Shown here: piece after piece, positions 10,748-20,646 of the stretch
Numbering within the stretch: position 1 is the stretch's first letter
How the letters are laid out: the number at the start of each line of letters is the position of its first letter
Assembly (NCBI GenBank): GCA_000004985.1
Contig: GG738858.1
Strand: one strand, 5' to 3'
Source of the DNA: Naegleria gruberi
Lineage: Eukaryota
Length of the DNA: 64,000 nt
Translations under genes and position numbers: made by a program
Notes under the pieces: generated by a model
The model's database searches: none
What the model saw: the letters and a program-made list of their open reading frames with translations, nothing else
What the model was told of the DNA's origin: nothing

Positions 10748-11383
10748 TCACTTAAAGTTTTTTCTTGGTCTACCAACTCCTCTCTTCCCAACCAAACGAC
10801 ATTTGTCCCTCATCATATCGACTGTATCATTACAGAAAGTTGTGGTAGTCATGGTGAAGAGCATTGAGTTCATCTGGTTGGCGTTTTGCTTTCTTGTCTT
10901 GAATTGTTTAGAGATTTTCGAGTTGTTGACACTTCCACAGCAACTGCTGTCATCAGAGGATGATATCATGGCAGGAGAAGTTCCAACCGATTGCTTATTA
11001 ATTTCTGGTGTTAATGTACAAGTTAACCCAATTGGGTAATCAGGAATTTCGTTATTATTTTCGTTAGTTTCTGTTGAGTCGGTTAAGAAATAATTAGTCT
11101 GCTGTTGTCGTTCAGTAGTTTCAAAATAGTGATGATCTGGTAATGACCAAGGAGTAGATAATTGCTCTTGTGCATTCAACATTTGGAAACCATCATTGAA
11201 AGCAGTTGAACTGTTTGGAAAGTATTTCATCAAAACAAACTGCTGTAGTATTTCAATTGTATGGGGAGGAAGATTTTCTATGAGCTGTTGGAGAGTTGAG
11301 CTGTCCAACGAAGTGAATGTGGAATCTGTTGAGCTTGATTGCATTTGATTTAATGACAATTTATTTGCTTGTTGAATGGTCAT
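10748..11383 (-). CDS. low-complexity nuclear-type protein with a C-terminal AT-hook (KRGVGRPRK). It is probably the 3' exon of a larger gene
   Basis: ORF ends ...FCNDTVDMMRDKCRLVGKRGVGRPRKNFK. The frame stays open for about 70 codons upstream of the first Met with no ATG, and CAACATCAG is a candidate acceptor near 11470, so an upstream exon is likely. Confidence 0.4.
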   Translation of the reverse strand: MTIQQANKLSLNQMQSSSTDSTFTSLDSSTLQQLIENLPPHTIEILQQFVLMKYFPNSSTAFNDGFQMLNAQEQLSTPWSLPDHHYFETTERQQQTNYFLTDSTETNENNNEIPDYPIGLTCTLTPEINKQSVGTSPAMISSSDDSSCCGSVNNSKISKQFKTRKQNANQMNSMLFTMTTTTFCNDTVDMMRDKCRLVGKRGVGRPRKNFK

Positions 11384-12059
11384 ACTTGAACTGAGAATGT
11401 TTTCATCATAACATCTTTGCTCATTATTGTAAAAGTAACTTTCGAAAGTTGATAATTCGATGAAAATGGAAATACTGATGTTGGTTGTTAATGCACGTGG
11501 GAAGACACAAAGTGAGAGATCTTCCTTTGTATTTTGATGGATGTATTGAGAAAATAAACGTGGTTGAGGAGAGATATCATGAAGTTCTCAGATAATGATG
11601 GAGCAAATAGAAATTGGTCATGCTGAGCAGAAAATGATAATCGGATTTCTGTTTAAAAGATAGTAATGCTGTTTATCAATTAAACACGAAACTCATAAAA
11701 TCTACTTAACAAGAAAGATTCCAAACGAATGACAGAAAAATAGCCATAACAAGATTTTAGATGTTATTCTCTCGATGGAACTCGAATTAGGGTTATTTCT
11801 TGCATGTTGGAATACATAAGAAGAGAAGTTTCAACTGGTTCAACTCTTCGACATGTATATAACCTGAAAGCTTTTCATTTTGTTGTATTGAAAGCCTTCC
11901 AATTTCTCTTTCAATGATGTAAAAGATTGGCTAGAGATTTCTTCCTTGGTTTATGAATTGAATGATTGCCAATGATATTGGTGATGAGATAATTTCGTCA
12001 AGTTTGTACATACTTTAATATAACCAAATATAGAACTTGTGTAGATTCACTCAAAACAG

Positions 12060-13109
12060 TTATTGTTTATTAAAATGTACATGATGAAAAGCGCTTTTCA
12101 TGTAAAATGAATTTGTCGATGATTGATTTTGAGATTGTAAAGTTTCGTCTGGTTGTTTTCTTGGTCTTCCTCTTCCTCGTTTCTCCGTGTTAGTTAGTTT
12201 CTTCTTGAGGGTGTCCACAGTATAGTTACAAAACTGATTCAGTAGCAATTCCTTATTGTTGTTATTGTTAGTTTTTAAAGGAGTTATTAAACTATTAGAA
12301 TGTATATCTGAATGGTTTTCTGAGAGAGTTTGTTTTGATATCTTTCGTTTCTGATGGATTTCTTCGTGATTACTCTGTTGTATTGTAGCGGATTGTTCTG
12401 TTGTGGTCGGCGCTTCGTCAATTCTCTTTCTCTTCTTGGTGCTCTCATTATTAGAGTCTGAAATCTTATTCGAAAGCAACGAAGAATGGGAGGAATCAGA
12501 GTGATGTCCCTCCTTAACAGCCATATGAACTGTGTTACAAAATTCTTCCTTAACAGGAATATTCGATTCATGATTTTCAGGTTTAGTCTCATGTTTCAAA
12601 TTCGAATTTAAAGAATTCAAATAGATAATCTGATCAATCAAATCAACCAGTTGAGCAATCATTAACTGATTATTCAATGCATCTTCTGAATTGGAAATAT
12701 ATTTCAAGGTACTTTTTAAACGATTCGATTCGATGCAGTTCAAAATTTGTTCAAAATTGGAATTACTGAATATTGGAGTGGAGAAATTGTTTGTTGTAGG
12801 TGGAGAAATTAATGTAGTGGAATGACTCGAATAAGGTTTCGAATAGTTTTGATCAGTGTTTGTAGAGATGTTGGAAGATGAGCTCGTGCATGTTTGGTGG
12901 GATAACATGGAAGATGTTTGAATACAATAGTTATTGGAAATGTTATTGGAAGGTTGTGGAAAGGATAATTGATTCGGCAATAAGAATTGTTGTGGAGGAG
13001 GTTGGATAACAGGAAGACTTGTTATTGGGCCACATATTTCGTCCATTGAATTTTGTTGAAGTAATTGTTTCATCATTTCCATGACTAGTTTCGTACTAAA
13101 ATCGTTCAT
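12060..13109 (-). CDS. paralog of the 10748 gene: S/N/Q-rich protein with a C-terminal AT-hook (KRGRGRPRK)
   Basis: ORF 12060..13136 has a first ATG at 13109 (MNDFSTKLVMEMMKQ...). It shares the FCNYTVDTL...KRGRGRPRKQP module with FCNDTVDMM...KRGVGRPRK in the 10748 gene. Confidence 0.4.
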   Translation of the reverse strand: MNDFSTKLVMEMMKQLLQQNSMDEICGPITSLPVIQPPPQQFLLPNQLSFPQPSNNISNNYCIQTSSMLSHQTCTSSSSNISTNTDQNYSKPYSSHSTTLISPPTTNNFSTPIFSNSNFEQILNCIESNRLKSTLKYISNSEDALNNQLMIAQLVDLIDQIIYLNSLNSNLKHETKPENHESNIPVKEEFCNTVHMAVKEGHHSDSSHSSLLSNKISDSNNESTKKRKRIDEAPTTTEQSATIQQSNHEEIHQKRKISKQTLSENHSDIHSNSLITPLKTNNNNNKELLLNQFCNYTVDTLKKKLTNTEKRGRGRPRKQPDETLQSQNQSSTNSFYMKSAFHHVHFNKQ

Positions 13110-13616
13110 ATTGTAAAGGAGCTGTTTCTTGATCAAGAAAAAGTGATACAGTTAGTGTGTATTGTCGAGTAAATGCTCTTTGTGTGGTTTTTTTGTTGAT
13201 GTATTTTACTACTACACTGTTTGAGCTCCTGTTCTTGAGATTTGGAAATAATATTAATTAAGATGCAAACTTTAAAAATTCCAAAAAAGAAACATGAAGA
13301 TCAAAAATGAATCAATGCAACTTTTTTGGATGAAAAAGCAAATTTTTTTTAAATATTGATAAGGAAGGCATTATGGTAAATGGCTATCAGGATTTCCAAG
13401 ATTGTATTTTTGACGAAACCACACTAAACCTCAGAAAATAATGAGCTGAAGTGCAATCTTAATTGATGTTTCACTTTTCTGAATGACATAATCGATTGTT
13501 TAGGAAATTGCCTTCTCCAGTTTTAAATTTGTTATTTGGTAAGGTTAATATTCTGATTACAATTAATTTAATAGTTACAATAACAAATAATTGAATGTAA
13601 TAAAATTAAAAAAAAA

Positions 13617-14882
13617 ATGTTAAAATCACTCCAAGAATCAACCTGTTGTGCCTCAGCAGAGGACATTTCCCGTCTGATTGAGGCCCTCGAATCCGACGAT
13701 CATCAAACCCTTAAACAAATTCACGACTCTTATCCAACCCTTGAATTTTACAAGAGAATTCCCTCACATCACAACGATACAATTCTTCATCTCGTCTATC
13801 GATATACAGGCAGGGTTATGTATGAATCATTCGAGGTGTTGTCCATCTTTTCCACTCCAAGTGATGAACTTCAACTCTCCGATCATGAATTTAAGGAAGC
13901 CCTCTTTCAACCGAATTTATATGGATTTACTCCTATTCACTATTGTATGATGTATGCTACCTTTGAGGATTCAGCTAATTTAATTTGTCAATTCCTTAAT
14001 GATGACGATGATGATGATCAAGATGATGATAAGGATGAAAAGATGAAGAATTCATCCTGTGGTTATTTAGAAAGAATTTTAGCCTTGGAAAAGATTGGTA
14101 CTCTCATACAACAATGTAATGATCGAGTGGAAGACTCGGAAAAGTTGAGTCAAGAAGAACAACTGGTGTTGGTGAAGGAAATTTCCGAAGGTTTGAATCA
14201 AAAGTTTAGGGAATGTTGTGTTTATGATCAATATTTGAACTTGTTGAGGGTTTTACACATGTTGGGAAGTGATAATTCATCAGGTCATGCCAATAATATG
14301 ATTAATGTGGAATCTGTGGATTTAACTGGTTCAACTCCCTTGTTGATTGCCATGCAAAGAGAATGTGAAGAGATTATTCAATATTTGGTTGATCATGGAG
14401 CTAATATTAATGCTGTGGATATTAGATTGAAATCAACCCTATCGTATTGTATCAGATTTGAGGAGACGATTGCTTGGTTGCAATACTTTTTGGAGAAGGG
14501 AGCTCAAGTGAATGTTGGAGATTGTATTCATGTTGCTTGTGAGGAAGGTTATGCAGAGGCTGTTGAAATGCTTCTAAACTGGAGAAGTGATTTGGATGTT
14601 TGTTCATTCGATAGTGAAGGAAACTCTGTGTTTATTTGTTTGGTGAAACATAAACATGAGAAAATGTTTGAGATTTTGAATATGATACTTCCACAAGCTC
14701 TGAAGAATTTAGATAATGATAAGGAAAAGCTGAGATGTTTGCTTCTTCTCCCTTGCCAGCCACCAAAGAGTTTGAATGGAGAAGATTTGGATGTGGAATA
14801 TGAAGCATTTACACTTCATGGAAAGTTAACAGAATATGGTTGCAAGGATGCTTTACAATTAATTGATGCATATTCAAGCTAA
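13617..14882 (+). CDS. ankyrin-repeat protein
   Basis: 421-aa ORF. Repeats fit the ankyrin consensus, for example DLTGSTPLLIAMQRECEEIIQYLVDHGANINAVD and VGDCIHVACEEGYAEAVEMLLNWRSDLDV. An acidic D-rich linker is present. Confidence 0.6.
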   Translation: MLKSLQESTCCASAEDISRLIEALESDDHQTLKQIHDSYPTLEFYKRIPSHHNDTILHLVYRYTGRVMYESFEVLSIFSTPSDELQLSDHEFKEALFQPNLYGFTPIHYCMMYATFEDSANLICQFLNDDDDDDQDDDKDEKMKNSSCGYLERILALEKIGTLIQQCNDRVEDSEKLSQEEQLVLVKEISEGLNQKFRECCVYDQYLNLLRVLHMLGSDNSSGHANNMINVESVDLTGSTPLLIAMQRECEEIIQYLVDHGANINAVDIRLKSTLSYCIRFEETIAWLQYFLEKGAQVNVGDCIHVACEEGYAEAVEMLLNWRSDLDVCSFDSEGNSVFICLVKHKHEKMFEILNMILPQALKNLDNDKEKLRCLLLLPCQPPKSLNGEDLDVEYEAFTLHGKLTEYGCKDALQLIDAYSS

Positions 14883-15065
14883 ATGAATTAAATAATATAA
14901 CAGTATTCTAAAGCCAGATACTATTTAAATAATTTGCTCTTGTCTTGAAGAAGTTATTTTTGAAATACTTGAAACAACCAAAGAACTTATTTCCTTTTTC
15001 AAAATCTTTAAATAGCAAAAAAATCTGGAGCCAATCAATGAATTCAACAAAGAAAATAACACAAC

Positions 15066-15443
15066 ATGAATAATAATAACTTTAATAAAAGCATGATGAA
15101 TAACAATAGAAGAGTAGGAGAGCAAGATTTGAATCCATTGCCTGGGTTTCAACCTTTACAAGGAAATGCTCCTTCCTCAATGAGTATTGGATTTGGTGGC
15201 AATCTCGTTGGACCAAATAATCCAATTTTCAATGGCTCGAATATTCCTTCTGCTTCTTCAATGGGAGGAGGTATGAAACCTCAGATGTTACCTGGTTCTA
15301 GATTTGATCCAGTTTATCCTATCATTGGGCCATTTGGAGGTTCTGTAAGTGGAAATAGAGGTGAAAGTTCTTCATCGTCTTCATTTGGAAATATTAATCC
15401 AGATCATCACAAACCTCCACAATTTGGAGATGAAGATTTGTAA
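15066..15443 (+). CDS. small protein resembling the proline/glycine-rich C-terminal region of proteasome inhibitor PI31
   Basis: GNLVGPNNPIF...GGGMKPQMLPGSRFDPVYPIIGPFGG...NINPDHHKPPQFGDEDL matches the PI31 C-terminal motifs (RFDP.GP, PDH..PP). No N-terminal FP domain was found in the upstream sequence. Confidence 0.35.
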   Translation: MNNNNFNKSMMNNNRRVGEQDLNPLPGFQPLQGNAPSSMSIGFGGNLVGPNNPIFNGSNIPSASSMGGGMKPQMLPGSRFDPVYPIIGPFGGSVSGNRGESSSSSSFGNINPDHHKPPQFGDEDL

Positions 15444-15559
15444 TTTCGATAACGAGTGAAACAAGAGTTTCAATAAATATAGCCCGAGTTTAATGTGAAT
15501 AAAATTTGCTTTCAAAGATTTTCAATATTCTTTATATTTATTGTGTTAAGGTAATGAAT

Positions 15560-15680
15560 GGCTACGGCCATATCACGATGAATGCACCTCATCCCGTCCG
15601 ATTTGAGAAGTTAAGCATCGTCGAGCCACATCAGTACTGAGGTTGGAGACAACTTGGGAACCTGTGGTGCTGTAGTCTTT
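15560..15680 (+). rRNA. 5S ribosomal RNA gene, copy 1
   Basis: ggctacggccatatcacgatgaa...ccgtccgatttgagaagttaagcatcgtcgagccacatcagtactgaggttggagacaacttgggaacctgtggtgctgtagtc fits the eukaryotic 5S consensus (GCCATAC-like 5' end, CCGATCTCGTCTGATCTCGGAAG-like core). It is followed by a T5 Pol III terminator. Confidence 0.85.
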
Positions 15681-15790
15681 TTATCACACATTAATTTCGA
15701 TAAATAGATGATTCACAGCACCAAAAAAAAGGAAATTCAACTTTTTCAACACTCATTGGAATTGCTGATTTACAGAGCTCAACAGCCAAT

Positions 15791-16927
15791 TTAGAAACAC
15801 TTTCTATGAACAAAACCTGGACCAGCCTCCTCATATTCCTCTTTCGATATCCACATCTGCTGAAAGGTTGCAAGACTCGCGAGGATACTACCTCCAATCC
15901 AAACTGAATACTTTCTTTCAGGTGGGGCGACAACCTTTATCTTCATTGAGGCTGGTGCCAAAGCAGTCAATTCCTTGGTCATTCTTTCAGCAATACCTTC
16001 GAACATGGTATTACCACCTGACAAGACAACATTTCCATACAATTCCTTTCTAATGTCAATGTCACATTTACCAATTGAGTTGAATGCCATTTCATGAACA
16101 CCAGCAGCCTCCATTTTTTCAACCAAATTAGGTTGGAATAAAACTTCTGGACATCTGAATCGTTCGTTACCAATTGTTATCACATTACCATCTGGTAATT
16201 CGTATAACTTTTCCACGGAGGATGATTCAGCAGCAACTTTCATTTCAGCTTCGAAATCTAAAGCAATATAACAGAGCTTTTCCTTAATACCTCTGACAAC
16301 TTCTCTTTCAGCAGTAGTATTGAATGAGTAACCTCTTTCCATCAAAATATTCATCAAACAATCAGTCAAGTCACGACCAGCCAAATCCAATCTCAAAATG
16401 GCATGTGGCAAGGCATAACCTTCATAAATTGGAACAGTGTGTGAAACACCATCACCAGAATCCAAAACTATACCAGTACTTCTACCAGAAGCATACAATG
16501 ACAAGACAGCTTGAATGGAAACATACATGGCCGGAACTGAGAAGGTTTCAAACATGATTTGACTCATCTTTTCTCTATTTGGCTTTGGATTAAAAGGAGC
16601 TTCAGTCAACAAGACTGGATGTTCCTCAGGAGCAACACATAATTCATTGTAGAAGGTGTGATGCCAGATCTTTTCCATATCATCCCAATTAGTAACAATA
16701 CCGTGCTCAATTGGATACCTTAAAGTCAAGACACCACACTTGTATTGAGCTTCATCACCAACATAGGCATCCTTACCAAACATTCCAATCATGATTGACT
16801 TTTGCTTTGGTCTAGCAACAATTGAGGGAAAGACAGCTCTTGGAGCATCATCACCAGCAAAACCAGCTTTACACATACCAGAACCGTTGTCAACAACGAG
16901 AGTTTGAACGTCTTCATAGAAAGACAT
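15791..16927 (-). CDS. actin (conventional, slightly divergent N-terminus)
   Basis: Translation from ATG 16927 is [40 protein letters not shown]...[40 protein letters not shown]. This is near-identical to canonical actin over about 375 aa. The longer listed ORF (start 16990) adds 21 non-actin residues. Confidence 0.9.
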   Translation of the reverse strand: MSFYEDVQTLVVDNGSGMCKAGFAGDDAPRAVFPSIVARPKQKSIMIGMFGKDAYVGDEAQYKCGVLTLRYPIEHGIVTNWDDMEKIWHHTFYNELCVAPEEHPVLLTEAPFNPKPNREKMSQIMFETFSVPAMYVSIQAVLSLYASGRSTGIVLDSGDGVSHTVPIYEGYALPHAILRLDLAGRDLTDCLMNILMERGYSFNTTAEREVVRGIKEKLCYIALDFEAEMKVAAESSSVEKLYELPDGNVITIGNERFRCPEVLFQPNLVEKMEAAGVHEMAFNSIGKCDIDIRKELYGNVVLSGGNTMFEGIAERMTKELTALAPASMKIKVVAPPERKYSVWIGGSILASLATFQQMWISKEEYEEAGPGFVHRKCF

Positions 16928-17219
16928 TTGATTTGTTTTTTTTAAAGTTTGTTCATCTGGACAACATTTGACAATTTGAAGTTGACTCAAGTCTTCATAT
17001 CAGAGCTATCAGTCATATCCGTCAAGTAAATGAAAAAAGAACTTTTGAATTTTTGCTGGTTCCTAAATTTAGAAAATATTGAAATGATATGGAGTTGGAT
17101 TGTTCTTTGTTCGATAGTAATTCAAAATAATTCAAAGATTGTTGTGAACATCCCTTGTTGAAGATCAATAGGTAAGAATGCTTACCATTCCCCAAATGAT
17201 TTCATCTATATTTCAGTTT

Positions 17220-18218
17220 TTATTCAAATATTCTAATGGAAAAGGCCTGTTGATCAGCAATGAACAATAATCCACTTTTCTCATCAAAATCCATTCCAAA
17301 TGGGCTTAGTGTAGATGTAGAATCTTGTATGTGTGAATGTATTAAATTTCCATCCAAATCAAACACTAAAATTCTCTTATTATCATAATCTGAAAGGAAG
17401 AATTTCTTGCCAGTTCTATCAATTGCAAATCCTAATGGTTGACTACAGGGAATATTATCCACTTGGTTAATTGTTCGAATTAATTTCCATTCATTTGGAT
17501 TAATCTCATCATAAATAAAGCAGGCATTAACAGCAAGATCTGAAACAATCATCCTATTTGGTCTAAGAAATTTAACATCCACTATTCTACTGAGATTTTC
17601 AAGTTTGAGCTGGGCAATAATTTTGCCATCTGTGGTATCTATGACATCCATCTCTTTGCTCATATTGTTAAATCTGAATAATTGTTTCCGATTTCCAATT
17701 TCTCTGATGGCCATTCCATATTGATGATTAGTCTCAATACTCCAAATACATTCAGCTTCATTTCCCAATTTCAATAAATCCTTAACTCTATATTTCCCTA
17801 AACCATTTGAGCATCTAAAGTAAATGGCGTCATTATTAAAATTTTCTTCAATCACTAAACTCATACATCTGCCAACAATTGGAAATGCTGTCAAATATTC
17901 TAAACTAGTCAAATCAAAAAATTTAATTTCCTTATTCGCATCATCAGCCACACAAACAAAGTTATGGGTGTGAGAAATCTTTACATCGGATGGAAAGCGA
18001 AGACCATGATTCTTGTTTGAATCAATTTTTTTAATTTCATTAAACTTCATTGCAAACGGAATTGTTTTCTGATAATTTCTCATCTTGTTTTTTAATTGAT
18101 CAAATAAAACATGATCGGATTTTAATTGATCAAAATCGAGCAGGGAAACATTTAGAGAGCGTGTGTCCTCTTCCTGCAATAATTGGTGAAGAAGATTCGG
18201 AGAAGGTTGTTGCGACAT
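17220..18218 (-). CDS. NHL-repeat (six-bladed beta-propeller) protein
   Basis: 332-aa ORF with repeated NHL-like units, for example KFFLSDYDNKRILVFDLDGNLI and SGLLFIADQQAFSIRIFE. Confidence 0.55.
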   Translation of the reverse strand: MSQQPSPNLLHQLLQEEDTRSLNVSLLDFDQLKSDHVLFDQLKNKMRNYQKTIPFAMKFNEIKKIDSNKNHGLRFPSDVKISHTHNFVCVADDANKEIKFFDLTSLEYLTAFPIVGRCMSLVIEENFNNDAIYFRCSNGLGKYRVKDLLKLGNEAECIWSIETNHQYGMAIREIGNRKQLFRFNNMSKEMDVIDTTDGKIIAQLKLENLSRIVDVKFLRPNRMIVSDLAVNACFIYDEINPNEWKLIRTINQVDNIPCSQPLGFAIDRTGKKFFLSDYDNKRILVFDLDGNLIHSHIQDSTSTLSPFGMDFDEKSGLLFIADQQAFSIRIFE

Positions 18219-18405
18219 TTTTTTTTAATTTATTTTTACAACAGTTTCAATCTTTGTAACCAAACTGTGCAAGAAACACTGGAATTTGAGAGTTTTTAGT
18301 ATTCTTTACAATATAGGTCCAGCCTTGTTTAATATATAACATGAATAAATTTTGCTTTCGGAGATTTTCAATATTCTTTATATTCATTGTATTAAGGTAA
18401 TGAAT

Positions 18406-18526
18406 GGCTACGGCCATATCACGATGAAAGCACCTCATCCCGTCCGATTTGAGAAGTTAAGCATCGTCGAGCCACATCAGTACTGAGGTTGGAGACAACT
18501 TGGGAACCTGTGGTGCTGTAGTCTTT
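18406..18526 (+). rRNA. 5S ribosomal RNA gene, copy 2
   Basis: Differs from copy 1 at one position (gatgaaAgcacc versus gatgaaTgcacc) across 119 nt. It shares about 60 bp of upstream flank with copy 1 (ttttgctttc..agattttcaatattctttatatt.attgt.ttaaggtaatgaatg). T5 terminator follows. Confidence 0.85.
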
Positions 18527-18704
18527 TTAATTAAGTTTTAAGACACATGAATCTTTAAAGTTGTTCATGTAGTCTTTTTGAGGAGAATTTTACTCCCTGT
18601 TCAAAGTATTAACATTTGATATTTGGGCATTTAATTAAAGTAGTACCACAACATCTTTCTCGGCCAATTGGCTTTGATCGAGTGAAGTTTCTGTTCTTTT
18701 CAGT

Positions 18705-19094
18705 TTAATAGCTGAAAGCAGCCCAAGGGTTGCCTCCTCTCAATCTCAATACTAAATGCACAGTTGAGTCCTTTTGAAGATTGTAATCATTAATGGTTCT
18801 GCCATCTTCCAATTGTTTTCCTGCATAAATCAATCGTTGTTGATCTGAAGGAATACCTTCTTTATCAAATATCTTTTGTTTCATATTCTCAACAGTATCA
18901 CTCGATTCCATTTCAATTGTAATTGTCTTTCCAGTTAAGGTTTTTACTTGTTTTCCAGCAAAGATGAGTCTTTGTTGATCTGGTGAAATTCCTTCCTTTT
19001 CTTGAACTTTTCTTTTCACATTTTCAATTGAATCATTAGATTCAACTTCCAAAGTGATTGTTCTACCAATGAGTGTCTTGACGAATAATTGCAT
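18705..19094 (-). pseudogene. ubiquitin-derived ORF with an internal partial duplication or deletion (likely a polyubiquitin remnant)
   Basis: [18 protein letters not shown]...RLIFAGKQV, then the reading restarts at [16 protein letters not shown]...[35 protein letters not shown], followed by NPWAAFSY. That is Ub residues 1-48 fused to Ub residues 6-76 plus an 8-aa tail. The two parts are about 65% identical at the nucleotide level. The ATG overlaps the stop of the upstream actin fragment (TAATG). Confidence 0.55.
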
Positions 19095-20477
19095 TATGTT
19101 TGTTGTTTTTTTTTCTTATTGTTTTTCTTTGAATTCAAAGCATTTCTTTGCATTTTATTCTTGTAAACCTCCATTCCAATAAGATTTGGTTGAAATAATA
19201 TCTCAGTAGTTTTGAATCTTTCATTCCCAAGTGAAATTACATTTCCATCTGGCAATTCTAGACCGTGGGAGGTGAGAAGGATTGACAAATATTTTAAAAA
19301 AAAATTAAGAAGTCACTCAAAAAACAATTTGTTAAAGTCGAGCCGAAGGTTTATTGGACCAAGAGTGAGACAGTGTGTTCAAAGTATCAATTACCACTTG
19401 TTCTTCTAGAAACAAGTACTTCTGGGTTCTTGTACATGAACCTTCGCTTTAATGTACCAACAATTTCAAGTAAATGGGCAGGCACTTATCTAGATGATGT
19501 TTTGGTGAGGTGAATGTAGTAATGGCTGGTGAGGAAGGAAGCAAAGGGAGAACTCTCCTCATGGTGGCTTCTCAAGGTAGCATGCTGAAGGTGGGAATAC
19601 CAACCAATATACCTATTTAGCAGGGTGATGATGAAATCATGATGAGTAATTGTTGTTTGTTGTTTTTTTTTGTTGAATATTTAACGGTCAGAACAGACAA
19701 CTTTCAGCGGTTATTGGTTGGCGCGAAATTACCGTGATGTAACATTTTTTAGCTCACCTCCCTCGGTCTAGGCAATTCATATAAACTTTCTTTCGCTGTT
19801 TCTGCCAAAAAATTACTGGCAACATAACCAGTTTTTTCCTTCATATCCCTGACTAGTTCAGTTTCACCCATCGTGCTGAAATTATATCCTCGTTCCATTA
19901 ACATTTTCTTCAAATAATCTGTCAGGTCTTTGCCTCCTAATTCCAATCTTTTGGTGGCATGTGACAGGGCATATCCTTCATAAACAGGTACTGAATTAGT
20001 GACGCCATCACCTGATTCCAATACTACACCTGTCATTCTACCATTTGCAAATATTGACATGGCACATTGATTTGCCAAACACAAACCTCTCACCTTAAAA
20101 CTTTCAAACATGATTTGTGTCATTTTCACTTTCACATCCTTTGAATTTAGTGGCATTTCCATCAGTAATACTTCATGCTCCTCAGGAGCAACTCTTAACT
20201 CATTGTAAAATGTATGATGCCATATCTTTTCCATATGATACCAATCTGAAATTAATCCACGATCAATTGGATATTTGTAAACATTAATACCCCTCCTACA
20301 CAATGCATAATCTCCAACGTAAGTTTCGATAGAGCCCATTGAAAGGAGGAAGGGTGCTACTTTTCGATGTGAAGTTACTGTGGGAAAGACTGCTCGTGGA
20401 GCATAATCACCAGAAAAACCAGCTTTCATTTGAGAGGAACCATTATCAATGATGAGTGGTGGATTTTCATCAGTCAT
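19094..20477 (-). pseudogene. actin-like gene fragment (residues ~1-275 only), interrupted by a 512 bp TIR element and ending in a K-rich tail
   Basis: ORF 19749..20477 is MTDENPPLIIDNGSSQMKAGFSGDYAPRAVFP...ESLYELP-RPREVS-stop. ORF 19094..19288 is ...[31 protein letters not shown]...KKKKQQT-stop. Removing 19259..19778 restores a continuous [16 protein letters not shown] actin frame. The fragment is about 55-60% identical to actin and lacks the C-terminal ~100 residues. Confidence 0.6.
19259..19770. mobile_element. non-autonomous DNA transposon (MITE-like) with 18 bp terminal inverted repeats and an 8 bp target-site duplication
   Basis: Left end: ggcaattc|tagaccgtgggaggtgag. Right end: ctcacctccctcggtcta|ggcaattc. 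The TIRs are reverse complements with 1 mismatch. A perfect 8-bp direct repeat ggcaattc lies at 19251-19258 and 19771-19778. The interior (about 475 bp) has no ORF. Excision exactly restores the actin reading frame. Confidence 0.6.
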
Positions 20478-20575
20478 TTTTTTTTGTAAGTTTTAAATTG
20501 GGAACTTGGAACAATATTTCACTTGCATTAAAAGTTCAAAATTTTTGTGATTATCTCAATAATATAAAATCTTAA

Positions 20576-20646
20576 CTCGAACGCCGGGAATTGAACCCGG
20601 GTCGCCAGAGTGACAGTCTGGAATGCTACCACTATACCACGCCCGA
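20576..20646 (-). tRNA. tRNA-Asp (anticodon GTC)
   Basis: Minus strand reads TCGGGCG-TG-GTAT-AGTGGTAG-CATT-CCAGA-CTGTCAC-TCTGG-CGAC-CCGGG-TTCAATT-CCCGG-CGTTCGA-G, a cloverleaf. The anticodon loop CTGTCAC gives GUC, and the T-loop is TTCAATT. The overall pattern is like eukaryotic tRNA-Asp. A T-run follows the 3' end. Confidence 0.7.

Noticed and set aside
12287-12592. 101-aa ORF inside the 12060-13136 gene in another frame
   Set aside because: A frame-overlap artefact of AT-rich low-complexity coding DNA.
13678-13950. 90-aa ORF overlapping the ankyrin gene
   Set aside because: Out of frame relative to the ankyrin-repeat ORF, with proline-rich nonsense composition.
16928-16990. Longer actin ORF start at 16990 ([21 protein letters not shown]...)
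   Set aside because: The 21 extra residues are not actin-like. The canonical-length product starts at ATG 16927 (MSFYEDV...), which aligns with the actin N-terminus.
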